Shown: positions 63,624 to 64,000 of the stretch, piece after piece | How the letters are laid out: each line of letters begins with the position of its first letter | How positions within the stretch are numbered: position 1 is the first letter of the stretch | Virus record (IMG/VR): IMGVR_UViG_3300027974_001530 | Source of the DNA: a virus | Lineage: Duplodnaviria; Caudoviricetes | Reading direction: 5' to 3' (one strand) | Length of the DNA: 64,000 bases | Notes under the pieces: model-generated | Told to the model about the DNA's origin: nothing | Databases searched by the model: none | Seen by the model: the letters and a program-made list of their open reading frames with translations, nothing else | Made by a program: the position numbers and the translations under genes

Positions 63624-64000
63624 TTATTTTGATAGTCTTGAGACATTATTTTGTTTGGATATCTTAACCGTTGAGTCTGCCCATTGATTAACCAAAGGAT
63701 TGTGCGAAATAAGGAATATCTTATCAAAATATGTCTTAATTTTGATGAAAAATTCGGAAACCATTTCTAAATTATCGTTAGATATTTTACCAAATACCTC
63801 ATCAAAGACAACAACATTTGGTTTTGGTAACGAACAAACCTTACTTAATACCGATCTTAACGCTAACGAAGCAATTGTTTTTTCGTAACCTGAACCTGAA
63901 ACCATCAATTTTTCAATACCAGTTCCATTATCAACCATAATAAATTCAACCTCACTTTTATCATTAATTCTCACCTCCAATTTAAAATATGAACTATCTT
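63624..64000 (-). CDS. C-terminal part of an SbcC/Rad50 (gp46-like) ATPase, truncated by the window edge
   Basis: SGSGYEK signature, VVVFDEVFG Walker B, FLISHN H-loop; frame open to base 64000. Confidence 0.85.
   Translation of the reverse strand, partial: DSSYFKLEVRINDKSEVEFIMVDNGTGIEKLMVSGSGYEKTIASLALRSVLSKVCSLPKPNVVVFDEVFGKISNDNLEMVSEFFIKIKTYFDKIFLISHNPLVNQWADSTVKISKQNNVSRLSK

Noticed and set aside
3165-63888. Antisense or overlapping ORFs in the track (e.g. 3165..3632, 5880..6170, 9053..9370, 47110..47460, 56984..57334, 59723..60049)
   Set aside because: They are shadows of better-supported genes on the opposite strand or frame, with no motifs and no start context.
1-64000. Stop-codon reassignment, as in some large phages
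   Set aside because: TAA, TGA and TAG all end genes at expected lengths (e.g. TAG at 7737 and 37501), and conserved enzymes are uninterrupted in code 11.
1-64000. Eukaryotic giant virus (NCLDV) origin
   Set aside because: Bacterial sigma-70, Bacteroidota promoters, lipoboxes, a T9SS domain, intrinsic terminators and overlapping operons all indicate a bacterial host.

Overview
This is a 64-kb, very AT-rich, gene-dense segment, mostly minus-strand, most consistent with a large ('jumbo') dsDNA bacteriophage of a Bacteroidota host. Host evidence: exact Bacteroidota TTTG-N19/20-TAnnTTTG promoters, A-rich leaders without Shine-Dalgarno sequences, a Bacteroidota-type sigma-70, a type II glutamine synthetase, an Hc1/'histone H1'-like protein, and a protein with a T9SS C-terminal sorting domain. 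Recognisable genes include ThyA, UvrC-like nuclease, a DRB0094-type RNA ligase with several RNA-repair-type phosphatases and a kinase, NUDIX, DHH, two orphan DNA methyltransferases, Trx/Grx, DnaJ, an amidase with lysis-like neighbours, and the 3' end of an SbcC/Rad50 gene. The main unexplained pattern is a second gene class. About 20 otherwise unrelated proteins share short N-terminal leaders (MKxxIRxILxE, MKIxITExQ or LxEEIxRI) ending at (I/L)-x-E. Most carry a TATTTAT motif 3-20 nt before the ATG or follow such a gene in an operon. This suggests late-expressed, head-packaged, protease-processed cargo enzymes. No capsid, terminase or tail genes, tRNAs or CRISPR arrays were seen. All family assignments come from motif recognition by eye, not database searches.
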